From Candidatus Uhrbacteria bacterium (GTDB taxonomy: Bacteria > Patescibacteriota > Patescibacteriia > JACRJV01): a stretch of DNA of 64,000 bases. Below, one piece after another: positions 28,575 through 37,905 of this stretch (position 1 is its first letter; every line of letters starts with the position of its first letter). Where the stretch lies: contig JACRJV010000003.1 in NCBI GenBank assembly GCA_016215325.1, positions 36,191-100,190 of the forward strand. The letters are read 5' to 3'. A program made the position numbers and the translations under genes. Below the pieces are notes generated by a model. That model worked only from the letters and a program-made list of their open reading frames with translations. It made no database searches and was not told the DNA's origin.

Positions 28575-29534
28575 TCAACGAATGAATACCCTGGCAATAA
28601 TCGGAATATACACCAACGCAAAGAGCGTACTTAAAAACACCGCAATCGCCGTCTTCTCCGGGTGGACTTTGAGCTCTGTGGCAAACGCCACCGCATTGGC
28701 CGCAAGGGGCACCACAGAGAGCAACATCATCACATTGAAGATCTCTTGAGTATAGGCATGAATAACAAGTTTGTCCAGAAGAATGACCAGTGTAATTAAC
28801 AGCGGCCAAGCCACAAATTTTGCCAAAAACGCGAGGGTGATAAACCTCATATCCACCGATGCCCAGCGGACAGTCGCAAGCCCCATCCCGACAATCATCA
28901 TCCCTAACAACGTATAAGCTCCCTTAAAATACCCGATAGCCGCCACAATATCCGGTCCCAACGGAATACGGAAAAAATTGAATAGCGCCCCCAACAAAAA
29001 CGCATACACGGTCGGCAGCCGCACCACGCGCCCGATACTCTGGGCGACCGTATGATGTCCGCGCGCGGTCACATAGAAACCCACTGTGTTTTCATAGAGG
29101 ATAATGCCGGTAATGCACAACACCGCAATGCTCAACGCTCCATTGCCAAACAGCACCAACACCATCGGCAACCCAAAGTAGCCGACATTGGCGGCTCCAG
29201 CAGAAAAGGCGAGAATATTTTTCGTGGGGTCATCCTGATAGAACGTCTTACCCAAAACAAAAAAAATTCCACAGAGTATGGAGGCAATCGCAAAAAAAAT
29301 CAGCGGCAAGCTAAAATAGGCGAGCGTCAAGGGCGCCGTCAGGACCCCGTAGAACACCACAACCGGAGCAATCGTATAAATGAGCAGCGACGCCAGAGTT
29401 TCTTTTTGCGCCCCAAGCTTGCGCGCCGCAACAAACCCCAGCACGATGATGGCATAGAGTGGCAGAATCTTGGAAATCAGCGTAAAAAAAACGATCATAC
29501 CGTCTCGAGGTATTCTGAAAGCGCTTCTTGCCAA
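28575..29534 (-). CDS. AEC-family (auxin efflux carrier-like) membrane transporter
   Basis: 319 aa, ~10 TM helices, overall resemblance to the PF03547 membrane transport family. Confidence 0.5.
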   Translation of the reverse strand: MARSAFRIPRDGMIVFFTLISKILPLYAIIVLGFVAARKLGAQKETLASLLIYTIAPVVVFYGVLTAPLTLAYFSLPLIFFAIASILCGIFFVLGKTFYQDDPTKNILAFSAGAANVGYFGLPMVLVLFGNGALSIAVLCITGIILYENTVGFYVTARGHHTVAQSIGRVVRLPTVYAFLLGALFNFFRIPLGPDIVAAIGYFKGAYTLLGMMIVGMGLATVRWASVDMRFITLAFLAKFVAWPLLITLVILLDKLVIHAYTQEIFNVMMLLSVVPLAANAVAFATELKVHPEKTAIAVFLSTLFALVYIPIIARVFIR

Positions 29535-30355
29535 CTGCGCAAGGGGGGCAATTTGGTTGTGCGCAGGATCGAAACCGCCGGGCGGCGGGCTTCGCGCTTG
29601 AGTGAATCAACGAGAGCACGTTCAATCATCGGCACAGCCTTGCCGCGCGCTTTAAGCCCTTCCGCAACCGTACAACCAAACTCATACCAATTGCACGATC
29701 CGTCGTTGGTGCGATGATAGATGCCGCCGGGGTATTTTTTTTCGATCATGTCCAACGATGCGCTCGCAAGGTCATCACTATACGTGGGGGAACTCACCTC
29801 TGCATCAATCAAACGGACTGTCTCGCCCTTCAACAGCCGCTCCACCACGATCTGAGGGAAACTGGGTTTTGAGCCTATCGAACTCCCGCGCGGCCCGAAC
29901 AGCCGGCTGGTGCGGATGCAATAATACCGGAGTCCCGCCTCGCCCATGAGCGCTTGCTCCCCTTCCCGTTTGGATTGACCGTAGGAGCTCAACGGATTGG
30001 GCTCGTCTTCTTCCGAATACCCATTCGGATTGTCACCATCAAAAACGTAGTCTGTGCTGTAGTGGACGAGGAGGATGTCGCGCACCTGGCAGGCGCGGGC
30101 AAGCAACGCCACCGCCCGGGCATTCAATCGCATTGCCGCGTCGCTCTCCTGTTCGGCCCGGTCCACCGCATTGTAGGCAGCGGTGTTGATCAAGACATCG
30201 GGCTTTGCGTGCTCGAGCGCCGACTCGATCGATTCGAGTATGGTAATGTCGCATTCGGCTTTCGAAAAAAACACCGCCGTATGATGCGGTGAGGATGCCA
30301 GTATTCGCTCAAAGGCGTTAGCAAGCGTTCCGCCAGCGCCGGTCAGCAATATCTT
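29495..30355 (-). CDS. rmlD: dTDP-4-dehydrorhamnose reductase
   Basis: MKILLTGAGG, YSTDYVFDG, YGQSK (YxxxK) RmlD signatures; start trimmed to MKILLTG. Confidence 0.85.
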   Translation of the reverse strand, partial: KILLTGAGGTLANAFERILASSPHHTAVFFSKAECDITILESIESALEHAKPDVLINTAAYNAVDRAEQESDAAMRLNARAVALLARACQVRDILLVHYSTDYVFDGDNPNGYSEEDEPNPLSSYGQSKREGEQALMGEAGLRYYCIRTSRLFGPRGSSIGSKPSFPQIVVERLLKGETVRLIDAEVSSPTYSDDLASASLDMIEKKYPGGIYHRTNDGSCNWYEFGCTVAEGLKARGKAVPMIERALVDSLKREARRPAVSILRTTKLPPLRSWQEALSEYLETV

Positions 30356-30458
30356 CATAGCTCGTAAGCAAGATAAGTAGATTAAGCGAGATAAGCTAGA
30401 CAAGCATCAACCCGAACGGGGCTTACTTTACTTAATTTACTTATCTCGCTTATCTTGC
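30356..30458. repeat. Intergenic hairpin repeat, copy B
   Basis: AAGCAAGATAAGTAGATTAAGCGAGATAAGC ... ACAAGCATCAACCCGAACGGGGCTTACTTTACTTAATTTACTTATCTCGCTTATCTTGCTT; nearly identical to copy C. Confidence 0.6.
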
Positions 30459-30914
30459 TTATCGATTCTGGATACTCCAATCAAACCCGATCTTCGGGTC
30501 GTCCCAGGCGATCCGGCCTTCATCAGGGTCCTTCGTGTTATAGGCCTCGGTGGTGTGGTAGAGCAACAACACCGGCTTGGTGCCGAGTACCTGGTAGCCA
30601 TGTGCAACGCCCTTGGGAATGCGGATCGCCAAGGGGTTTTCTTCGCCCGTCACGACGGTGTCGATTTGGCCGCTGGTGGGTGAATCCGACCGAGTATCGT
30701 ATAAGACAACGCGCGCCATGCCTTGCGCAATGTACCAAATATCGTCTTGCTTTTTGTGGAAATGGAACGCCTTAATCACGCCCGGATTAGTGATCGACGC
30801 CGAAGTCTGCTTAACATCCGCAAACACCGGTTCACCGGCCTTGATAATTTCGCGGAAATATCCGCGATCATCCACGTGGGTTTCGAGTTTTTTGATGACG
30901 ACTCCGTTGAGCAT
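30459..30914 (-). CDS. rmlC: dTDP-4-dehydrorhamnose 3,5-epimerase (short cupin form)
   Basis: 151 aa; RGYFREI, HFHKKQDD and VAHGYQVL motifs of RmlC. Confidence 0.85.
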   Translation of the reverse strand: MLNGVVIKKLETHVDDRGYFREIIKAGEPVFADVKQTSASITNPGVIKAFHFHKKQDDIWYIAQGMARVVLYDTRSDSPTSGQIDTVVTGEENPLAIRIPKGVAHGYQVLGTKPVLLLYHTTEAYNTKDPDEGRIAWDDPKIGFDWSIQNR

Positions 30915-31008
30915 AACGTGGTAAGATGAGTAAAATAAGCGAGATAAGCAAGATAAGCTACAAGCATCGACGGAATGGGGCTTACTTTACTTAATTTACT
31001 TATCTCGC
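30915..31008. repeat. Intergenic hairpin repeat, copy C
   Basis: AAGCGAGATAAGCAAGATAAGCTACAAGCATCGACGGAATGGGGCTTACTTTACTTAATTTACTTATCTCGCTTATCTTGCTT. Confidence 0.6.
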
Positions 31009-31935
31009 TTATCTTGCTTTTCGTTGTCGAAACCAAGCTACAGTTTTTTCGATCCCCTCTTCCAGGGCGACCTCTGGATTCCACCGCAATTGCTCCTTGG
31101 CTTTATGGGAATCAATCGCGCTCTTGCGCTGTTCGCCCTCTTTGGCCGGACCATGAGCAATGGAGGGTTTATACCCTGCCGCGCGAGCGACGAGTCGAGC
31201 AACAGTGTTGATAGAGCACTGTCGTCCGGTCCCAATGTTATAGATTCCATTTTTTTTACTCTTTACTGCTGCAATGTTTGCTCGCACGATATCATCCACA
31301 AACACAAAGTCGCGTGTTTGCCGCCCATCACCGTTAATAACGGGCCCACTACCCGTCAGCATCTTCTGCGCAAAGATAGCGATAACGCCTGCTTCACCGC
31401 TGCTATTCTGCCGCGGGCCATACACATTGGCATACCGCAAGGCAACCCATCGGCACCTGCTGCGAGCCCCAGTATAACGGAGATAATGCTCTCCGGCAAG
31501 CTTGCCGATCCCATAGGGTGATGCGGGGGATGGGGCAGCAGATTCTAATGTCGGAAGAGGAGTTCCGTCTCCATACACTGCGCCACCGCTGGACGCAAAC
31601 ACAATGTTCGTTACCCCGGCATGCTCACACGCTGCCAACAGCCGGATGGTCCCCAAAATATTCGTTTGCGCATCAAATACGGGATCCTGGACCGAACGCC
31701 GCACATCCATTTGTGCAGCATGATGGAATACTGCTTGGGGTTTAACGTCACGGACAATTTTTTCCAGTCGAGACGAACGGATGTCGAGCTTGTAGAACAT
31801 TGCCTGTGCATTAATGTTCCGCCGGGATCCCGTTGATAAATCGTCAACGATAACCACGCGATGCTCCTGTGCGATCAGCGCATCAACAATATGGGATCCG
31901 ATAAACCCGGCGCCGCCGGTGACTAATATATTCAT
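31009..31935 (-). CDS. NAD-dependent epimerase/dehydratase, UDP-glucose 4-epimerase-like
   Basis: MNILVTGGAGFIGSH, SGGAVYG, YGIGKLAGE (YxxxK); start trimmed to MNILVTGG. Confidence 0.8.
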   Translation of the reverse strand: MNILVTGGAGFIGSHIVDALIAQEHRVVIVDDLSTGSRRNINAQAMFYKLDIRSSRLEKIVRDVKPQAVFHHAAQMDVRRSVQDPVFDAQTNILGTIRLLAACEHAGVTNIVFASSGGAVYGDGTPLPTLESAAPSPASPYGIGKLAGEHYLRYTGARSRCRWVALRYANVYGPRQNSSGEAGVIAIFAQKMLTGSGPVINGDGRQTRDFVFVDDIVRANIAAVKSKKNGIYNIGTGRQCSINTVARLVARAAGYKPSIAHGPAKEGEQRKSAIDSHKAKEQLRWNPEVALEEGIEKTVAWFRQRKAR

Positions 31936-31940
31936 AATAT

Positions 31941-33045
31941 TTACAATTTTTCCGACTTCCGCCATCTCAGATACGCCTCCTCAAACGCCATCAAATCTCC
32001 GTCCAACACTTCATCTGGTTGCCGGCTTTCATATTCTGTCCGATGGTCCTTCACCAGTTTATACGGCTGCAGAACATACGACCGAATTTGGTTGCCCCAC
32101 TCCGCACTCACCAACTCACCGCGAATGGCATTGCGCTGCTTCAATTCTTCCTGCCGCTTTCGCTGAAGCAGCCGAGCCTTTAAAATACTCATGGCCGTTT
32201 CTTTATTTTGCAGCTGGCTGCGTTCATTCTGGCAGCTCACAGTGATCCCGGTGGGAAGATGCACAACGCGAACGGCGGAATATGTTGTTTGCACCGATTG
32301 CCCTCCATGACCGCCGGACAAAAACGTATCAATGCGCAAATCCTTGGGATCAATCTCAATGTTATCGACAGCTTCCAGTTCGGGCATTACTTCGACCATG
32401 GCAAATGAGGTATGCCGCATTTGTTCTGCGTCGAACGGGGAAATTCGGACCAAGCGATGAACGCCATGCTCGCCTTTGAGCCACCCGTACGCCGTCTGAC
32501 CGGTCACCGCAATCGTCACATTTTTAATCCCAGCAATGTCGCCGGGCGTTCGGTCGATTGTCCGCGCCGAATACTCTAACCTCCCGATAAATTTGGTCAT
32601 CATGCGCTCAAGCATTTGCGCCCAGTCCATGGCTTCGGTCCCCCCCGAGCCGGCATAAATCGTGACAATGGCGTTGCGATGATCATATTGCTCATCAAAG
32701 AAGAGGGCAAATTCCATGGTACCCAAATCTCCTTCTAGGCGGGCCGCATCGCTTTTGAGCTCGTCCAAGAGCGTGACATCGCGCTCTTTAGCATCCTCTT
32801 GGGCGATTTCCAGCGCGCCCAGAATGTCCCCATGGAGTCGTTCCCATCGCTCAATTTCTTTTGCAATTGCACTCGCGGTCTTTGAGATATTGCCAGCACG
32901 GGATGAATTAGCCCAAAAATCGGGTTCATTCATTTGCGTTTGCAGTCCGATTAATTGTTCCTTTTTCCCAGCAATGTCAAAGAAACCCCCCCAGGTCTTC
33001 TGCCCTGTGGAGGAGGAGAGTTAATTGTTTGATGATTTCATCCAT
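31941..33045 (-). CDS. prfB: Peptide chain release factor 2, with programmed +1 frameshift
   Basis: SPF tripeptide (RISPFDAE) and GGQ motif; upstream short frame MDEIIKQLTLLLHRAEDLGGFL ends at CTT TGA C preceded by GGGGGGG (minus strand; plus coords ~32974-32992), +1 frame continues DIAGKKEQLIGLQTQMNEP. Confidence 0.85.
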
Positions 33046-33059
33046 ACCACGTGTTCGTG

Positions 33060-34391
33060 CTACTGCTTAAACTCACCGAGTTCCACCTTCACTTCCATTA
33101 TGTTGTCACCCCGCATCACCTTGAAGGTTACACGATCGCCCGGCTGGAATTGGGCAATCATAGATCCCAACGGCGATTGCGTCGTGACATCCTTGCCGTT
33201 GACGGAGACGATGACATCCCCTTCTTTGAGTCCTGCTTTATCTGCCGGAGAACCCGGAACCACCGCCAGATCTTGACCCTCCGCACCGCGGCTAATGTAC
33301 GCGCCATGATCCACCGCTAAACGCTTTACCGCTGCAAAATCTTTATCAATCAGGAGATATCGCACGCCAACCCACGGTCGGACGATGCGGCCATACTTTT
33401 GGACGCTCTCCAACACCTGCTTGGCCAGATTGCTGGGGATGGCGAACCCAATAGACTGTCCGCCTTGATTGATCGCCGTGTTGATGCCGATCACTGCCCC
33501 GTCGAGCGTTAAGAGCGGCCCCCCGGAGTTCCCGGGGTTAATCGCGGCATCGGTCTGGAGCGCTTGCTCGATCACTTCACTGCCTCCGCCCAACTGCGAA
33601 CCGGCCACGATCCGCCGACCAAGTCCCGAGATCACCCCTTTCGTGACAGTGTTTTGGTATTGTGAAAGCGTATTGCCAATGGCAATCACGGTTTGACCAA
33701 TGCGGATAACGCCAGAATCCCCTAATGGCAGTGCCGGATACTTCCCCTCTGGCAAACGGGCAACGGCCAAATCGTTGATCGGATCGACCGCGACCACGGT
33801 AAGGTCTTTCGATTCCCCGGAAGAAAGAACCGCAATATATCGAGCGCTCTGGTCACCGATAACGTGTTTATTGGTCAATACCAGCCCATCCTCGGACACA
33901 ATAAACCCGGTGCCTCCGCCGACAATCCGCTCTTGATTAGGTGCATCATTTTCCGAACCAGGCTGTGGTTCTACTTCCTGGAAAAAGAATGGGCTGCCAA
34001 AGGGGCTAGTGAAGAAATCATTAAAGGGGGTAACCACAGTACGTCGTTCTGATCCCTTCTTCCGGATTTGTATGCTAATGACCGATGGACTCGCGCGGCT
34101 CACCACATCCTCTACCACCCGATCCGTGTCGCTGCTGACAATTGCCGGGGGTTTTTCTATTGTCGGGGTGGGAGCCGGAGCGGCACCCGGCGCCGGGGCC
34201 AACAAGGCTGAACCGGCCACCAAGCCACCAAAGACGCCACCGATAAAGCCAATCATGAGCGTGGAAAGTTGTTTTTTTGATTCGAACATACGTTCGAGTA
34301 AATCCAGTAAATCCGGTGAAGTCCGCTGGCCAATCAGCACCCTCCGCAAGACCCGGCCTATGGGCTGATCGGGTTCGCTGAATTTACTCAT
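33060..34391 (-). CDS. htrA: HtrA/DegP-family serine protease with PDZ domain
   Basis: Catalytic TNKHVI (His), D, GNSGGPL (Ser) and C-terminal PDZ; N-terminal TM anchor. Confidence 0.9.
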   Translation of the reverse strand: MSKFSEPDQPIGRVLRRVLIGQRTSPDLLDLLERMFESKKQLSTLMIGFIGGVFGGLVAGSALLAPAPGAAPAPTPTIEKPPAIVSSDTDRVVEDVVSRASPSVISIQIRKKGSERRTVVTPFNDFFTSPFGSPFFFQEVEPQPGSENDAPNQERIVGGGTGFIVSEDGLVLTNKHVIGDQSARYIAVLSSGESKDLTVVAVDPINDLAVARLPEGKYPALPLGDSGVIRIGQTVIAIGNTLSQYQNTVTKGVISGLGRRIVAGSQLGGGSEVIEQALQTDAAINPGNSGGPLLTLDGAVIGINTAINQGGQSIGFAIPSNLAKQVLESVQKYGRIVRPWVGVRYLLIDKDFAAVKRLAVDHGAYISRGAEGQDLAVVPGSPADKAGLKEGDVIVSVNGKDVTTQSPLGSMIAQFQPGDRVTFKVMRGDNIMEVKVELGEFKQ

Positions 34392-34676
34392 CTACGGTAT
34401 TAATCGATCGCACAGCAATCGGCATTCTTTTGCGCTGAATGAAGAAGATGCCGTTGACGAACCCGCGCTCGGCATCAATGATCGAATCGACTCCACAGCA
34501 GGCTTTAATGCCTGTACAATCGGAATGCTGAATACCACCACCAAAGCAATGGGTAATATGTTAAACACGATCACCCGAAACATCGTCCATTGCCGAGACC
34601 GGCGGAGGTCTTTCTGAATTTTGGAGAGCGACCCTTCTATTGCTTGGAGGCGTTGTTCGAGAACGTTGGATTCCAT
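34392..34676 (-). CDS. Hypothetical small membrane protein
   Basis: ORF with coiled-coil-like N-term and one TM helix (FNILPIALVVVFSIPIV); no family recognised. Confidence 0.3.
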   Translation of the reverse strand: MESNVLEQRLQAIEGSLSKIQKDLRRSRQWTMFRVIVFNILPIALVVVFSIPIVQALKPAVESIRSLMPSAGSSTASSSFSAKECRLLCDRLIP

Positions 34677-34782
34677 AACCTGCAAATAACACGAACACAA
34701 CGAATGGTTGATGCGAATACCGCAAATACGTGATATCGCATTCATGGTATTCGTATGGCAAATCGTGGTGTTCGTGTTTTAT

Positions 34783-35991
34783 TCATCGCCCGATTTTTTT
34801 CCGCAAAAAGGCAGGAATATCGAGTTCATCATCCGACGGGTCGATAGAGGGCACTGGGGAGGAAACAGAGGACGTTGGTCGAGAAGACGCGCTTTTCTGG
34901 CTCATCGAGACAGCGCTACTGCCCGCATTATTCGGTTGATGTTGCGACCGCGGGGGAACCGTTTCGGTGCGCAGCAACGAAGAGAAAATCGTTCGTTCCG
35001 CTTTTGGGCTTTCGGCTTTGCTGGCGGTGCTCAATGGCCCAAATCCGGTGGCTACGACGGTAATGCGAATGCGATCCTTATATTCGTCATCAATCACCGT
35101 GCCCCATATAATCTTCGCGTTTTTATCCGCTGCTTCGGTGATGAGTGTGGAGGCCTCATGCACTTCTTGCATGGTGAGATCTTTCCCGCCGGTAATGGTG
35201 AACAATAATCCCTTCGCCCCCTGGATCGAAACATCGAGCAGTGGGCTGGCAATGGCCGCCTGCGCCGCTTTGACGGCCCGCTTCTCCCCGGTACCCTCGC
35301 CAATCCCCATGAGTGCTGATCCCGCCTCCTTCATGATGGTTTTGACATCAGCAAAATCAACATTAATATTGCCTGAAATCGTGATCACTTCGGCAATGCC
35401 CTGAACCCCTTGCCGTAGCACCTCGTTGACGATCCCAAATGCTTCGAGCAAGGTGGTCTTTGCATCCGCCACCTGCAGCACCCGATCGTTGGGGATGGTG
35501 ATAACGGTGTCAACCTTACCAATGAGGTCCTGATGCCCGCGATCCGCGATGTTCGCGCGTTGCGCTCCTTCGAACGAAAATGGTTTGGTGACCACGCCCA
35601 CAGTGAGCGCTCCCAGATCGCGCGCAATATCAGCAACAATGGGTGCTGCCCCGGTACCCGTACCGCCGCCCAAGCCGCACGTCACAAATACCATGTCTGC
35701 GCCTTTCAGCGCATCGCGAATTTCATTTTGGTTTTCTTCGGCCGCCCGTCGGCCCACTTCGGGGTCCATTCCGGCTCCCAATCCCCTTGTCACTGTCTTG
35801 CCAATATGGATCTTACTTCCGGCGTTGGAACTTAACAACGCCTGGGCGTCGGTGTTGATTGCCACGAACTCCACGCCTTTTACCTTCGACTGGATCATCC
35901 AATTGATGGTGGAACCGCCACTTCCCCCGACACCAACAACTTTAATTCGCGCAAATTGTACGCCTTGTGTTTTAGAATCCATAGCAATCAT
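34783..35991 (-). CDS. ftsZ: Cell division GTPase FtsZ
   Basis: GVGGSGGSTIN and tubulin signature GGGTGTGAAP; disordered C-terminal tail ending DIPAFLRKK. Confidence 0.95.
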   Translation of the reverse strand: MIAMDSKTQGVQFARIKVVGVGGSGGSTINWMIQSKVKGVEFVAINTDAQALLSSNAGSKIHIGKTVTRGLGAGMDPEVGRRAAEENQNEIRDALKGADMVFVTCGLGGGTGTGAAPIVADIARDLGALTVGVVTKPFSFEGAQRANIADRGHQDLIGKVDTVITIPNDRVLQVADAKTTLLEAFGIVNEVLRQGVQGIAEVITISGNINVDFADVKTIMKEAGSALMGIGEGTGEKRAVKAAQAAIASPLLDVSIQGAKGLLFTITGGKDLTMQEVHEASTLITEAADKNAKIIWGTVIDDEYKDRIRITVVATGFGPLSTASKAESPKAERTIFSSLLRTETVPPRSQHQPNNAGSSAVSMSQKSASSRPTSSVSSPVPSIDPSDDELDIPAFLRKKIGR

Positions 35992-36012
35992 GTATTGACT
36001 TATTAGTTTACT

Positions 36013-36047
36013 CGTTTATTCGAGTTCGCTAAACGAGTAAATCAATA
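36013..36047. promoter_or_regulatory. Perfect 12-bp inverted repeat upstream of ftsZ
   Basis: TTTACTCGTTTA-(11 nt)-TAAACGAGTAAA, 22-56 nt upstream of the ftsZ start on the minus strand. Confidence 0.3.
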
Positions 36048-36190
36048 CACCAATAATCAGTAAATCAATGGATGCGTTGTCACTGTAACATAATTCACCA
36101 TTACAGGGCAACTCCTGAAAATTGCTTACATCAGAGCCGATTTCACGTTTTTACAGCGTCCGCCGAAACAACGATGTGCGCCCTCTCTCC

Positions 36191-37474
36191 CTACCACGGC
36201 AGCATGTCCCGTAACTTACCAATGAGCTCCATGGGTTTTTTTTGGAATGACCCGACCATCGTTGCAAGCCCCTTCCCCCACCCACCCGTGCTGCCCCCTT
36301 GTGCACGGCTGGACCATAACAACAACCCAAGCACTTGCGCCATTTCCAGTCCGCGCACATCTTCCGCCCCCTCGATCCCCGACGGCGGCATCATCGCGAG
36401 AGCAGCGGGGAGTTTGAGCACTCGTTTTGCAACATCCGCAATCCCATCCAAGAACGCCCCGCCGCCGCAGAGGATGGCGCCCCCTGGCAACATCCCGCTC
36501 CTGTCCATCTTCTTTAATTCCTTGTCGACCATTTCAAAAAGCTCCTCAACGCGGGCTTCAATAATTTCTGCGACAGACCGTTTAGAAAATGTCCCCGTGT
36601 TCTGCATGTCCCCAACGTCTTCCCAACTGACCTCGTCGCGTTTGGATGTCCGATCCACCAGTGCCGTCCCATGTTCTCGCTTAATCCGCTCTGCCACGTC
36701 CAACGATGTCCGCAAGCCAATCGCAATATCGCCGGTCACGTGGTTACTGCCCACCGGCAACACGGCGGCATGGAGGACGTTGCCATCTTCAAAAACGATC
36801 AATGAGGTGGTAGAAAATCCAATGTTGATCAGCACCGAACCCACATCCCGCGCTCGTTTGTCCAGCATTGCTTCTGCGCCAGCAAGCGCGCTAAATACCA
36901 CATCATCAATCTCGCACCCTGTCCGATACAGCGCCTTCGTCAAATTGCGCATATGGCTCGTGGGCGCATAAATGATTTCCGCATCCACCTCAAGACGGGT
37001 GCCCACCATCCCCACAGGGTCGATGACGCCCGCTTGCCCATCGACCGCAAACGTGCGTGGCAACACATGCAACATTTCATAATTCGGCGGAGTCGTAATT
37101 GTTTGTGCCGCCTCTACCACTCGGTCGACATCTTCTGATTTTATCTCTCCGTTGACTTTGGATACAGCAACAAGACCCCGCGAGCTTTGCATGAATAATT
37201 GTGGGAATCCAATGGTGATGTTCGCCCGAGTGAGGGGGACGCCAATTAATCGCTCCGCTTTCTCCAGAGCGCTGGATAATGTCGCAACCACATCATCGAC
37301 ATTCGAAACAACCCCTTTTTGCATCCCCTCGGTCGGATGCACAAGGCTGCCCAGAAGATGCAATCCTGCACTCTTCTGGTCGGATCCTTCAATCAGTTCG
37401 GCGATTGCAATTTTGATGGTAGAGGACCCGATATCGATCCCCGCGATGGTAAGCTGTGCCATAGATTTCCTCAA
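36191..37474 (-). CDS. ftsA: Cell division protein FtsA
   Basis: Actin-fold motifs GIDIGSSTIKIAI and LCGGGAFLDGI; 4-nt overlap with dgkA. Confidence 0.9.
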   Translation of the reverse strand: MRKSMAQLTIAGIDIGSSTIKIAIAELIEGSDQKSAGLHLLGSLVHPTEGMQKGVVSNVDDVVATLSSALEKAERLIGVPLTRANITIGFPQLFMQSSRGLVAVSKVNGEIKSEDVDRVVEAAQTITTPPNYEMLHVLPRTFAVDGQAGVIDPVGMVGTRLEVDAEIIYAPTSHMRNLTKALYRTGCEIDDVVFSALAGAEAMLDKRARDVGSVLINIGFSTTSLIVFEDGNVLHAAVLPVGSNHVTGDIAIGLRTSLDVAERIKREHGTALVDRTSKRDEVSWEDVGDMQNTGTFSKRSVAEIIEARVEELFEMVDKELKKMDRSGMLPGGAILCGGGAFLDGIADVAKRVLKLPAALAMMPPSGIEGAEDVRGLEMAQVLGLLLWSSRAQGGSTGGWGKGLATMVGSFQKKPMELIGKLRDMLPW

Positions 37475-37827
37475 TTATACCCTAGCACGGGATAAAACAA
37501 CAACATGCCAATGATCACAGCGGCAATGCTGCAAACCAGCACAGCAGCAGCGCTCACGTCTTTCAAAATCTGGACGGATTTTGAAAGACGCGGGTGCATG
37601 ACATCCGCCAACATCTCAATAGCTGTATTAATGAGCTCCGCAACAATCACCATTGCGATCGTGACGACTAAAAGCCCAATTTCCAACGCGCTCTTGCCTG
37701 CCAACAGAGCAACGATAAGGATGAGCCCAGCGACAATCGTGTGGATGCGAACGTTTGGCTGATTATGATACGCGGCAACTAAACCAGCAAGAGCATGCTT
37801 CAAGCTGTCACGAAAGGGACGAGGCAT
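37471..37827 (-). CDS. dgkA: Diacylglycerol/undecaprenol kinase DgkA family
   Basis: ~118 aa, three TM helices, NTAIEMLAD-type DgkA motif; ATG start at 37827 preferred over the listed TTG at 37839. Confidence 0.75.
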   Translation of the reverse strand: MPRPFRDSLKHALAGLVAAYHNQPNVRIHTIVAGLILIVALLAGKSALEIGLLVVTIAMVIVAELINTAIEMLADVMHPRLSKSVQILKDVSAAAVLVCSIAAVIIGMLLFYPVLGYN

Positions 37828-37905
37828 AATCAATTTCAAATTTTAGATTTGAGATTTTAGATTGTCTGTTGCAGTAATCCGCAATCGTCAACCTAAAATC
37901 TGCAA
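37828..37905. promoter_or_regulatory. Conserved intergenic motif copy 1 (upstream of dgkA)
   Basis: ATTTTAGATTTGAGATTTTAGATT...AATCCGCAATCGTCAACCTAAAATCTGCAAT; ~90% identical to a second copy at 51784-51866. Confidence 0.4.

Noticed and set aside
29052-29717. 221-aa plus-strand ORF antisense to the AEC transporter/rmlD junction
   Set aside because: Arg/Gln/Asn-rich low-complexity product; overlaps two supported minus-strand genes.
36072-36971. 299-aa plus-strand ORF antisense to ftsA
   Set aside because: Fully overlapped by the strongly supported ftsA gene on the opposite strand; low-complexity Ser/Pro/Ala-rich translation typical of a GC-skewed antisense frame.
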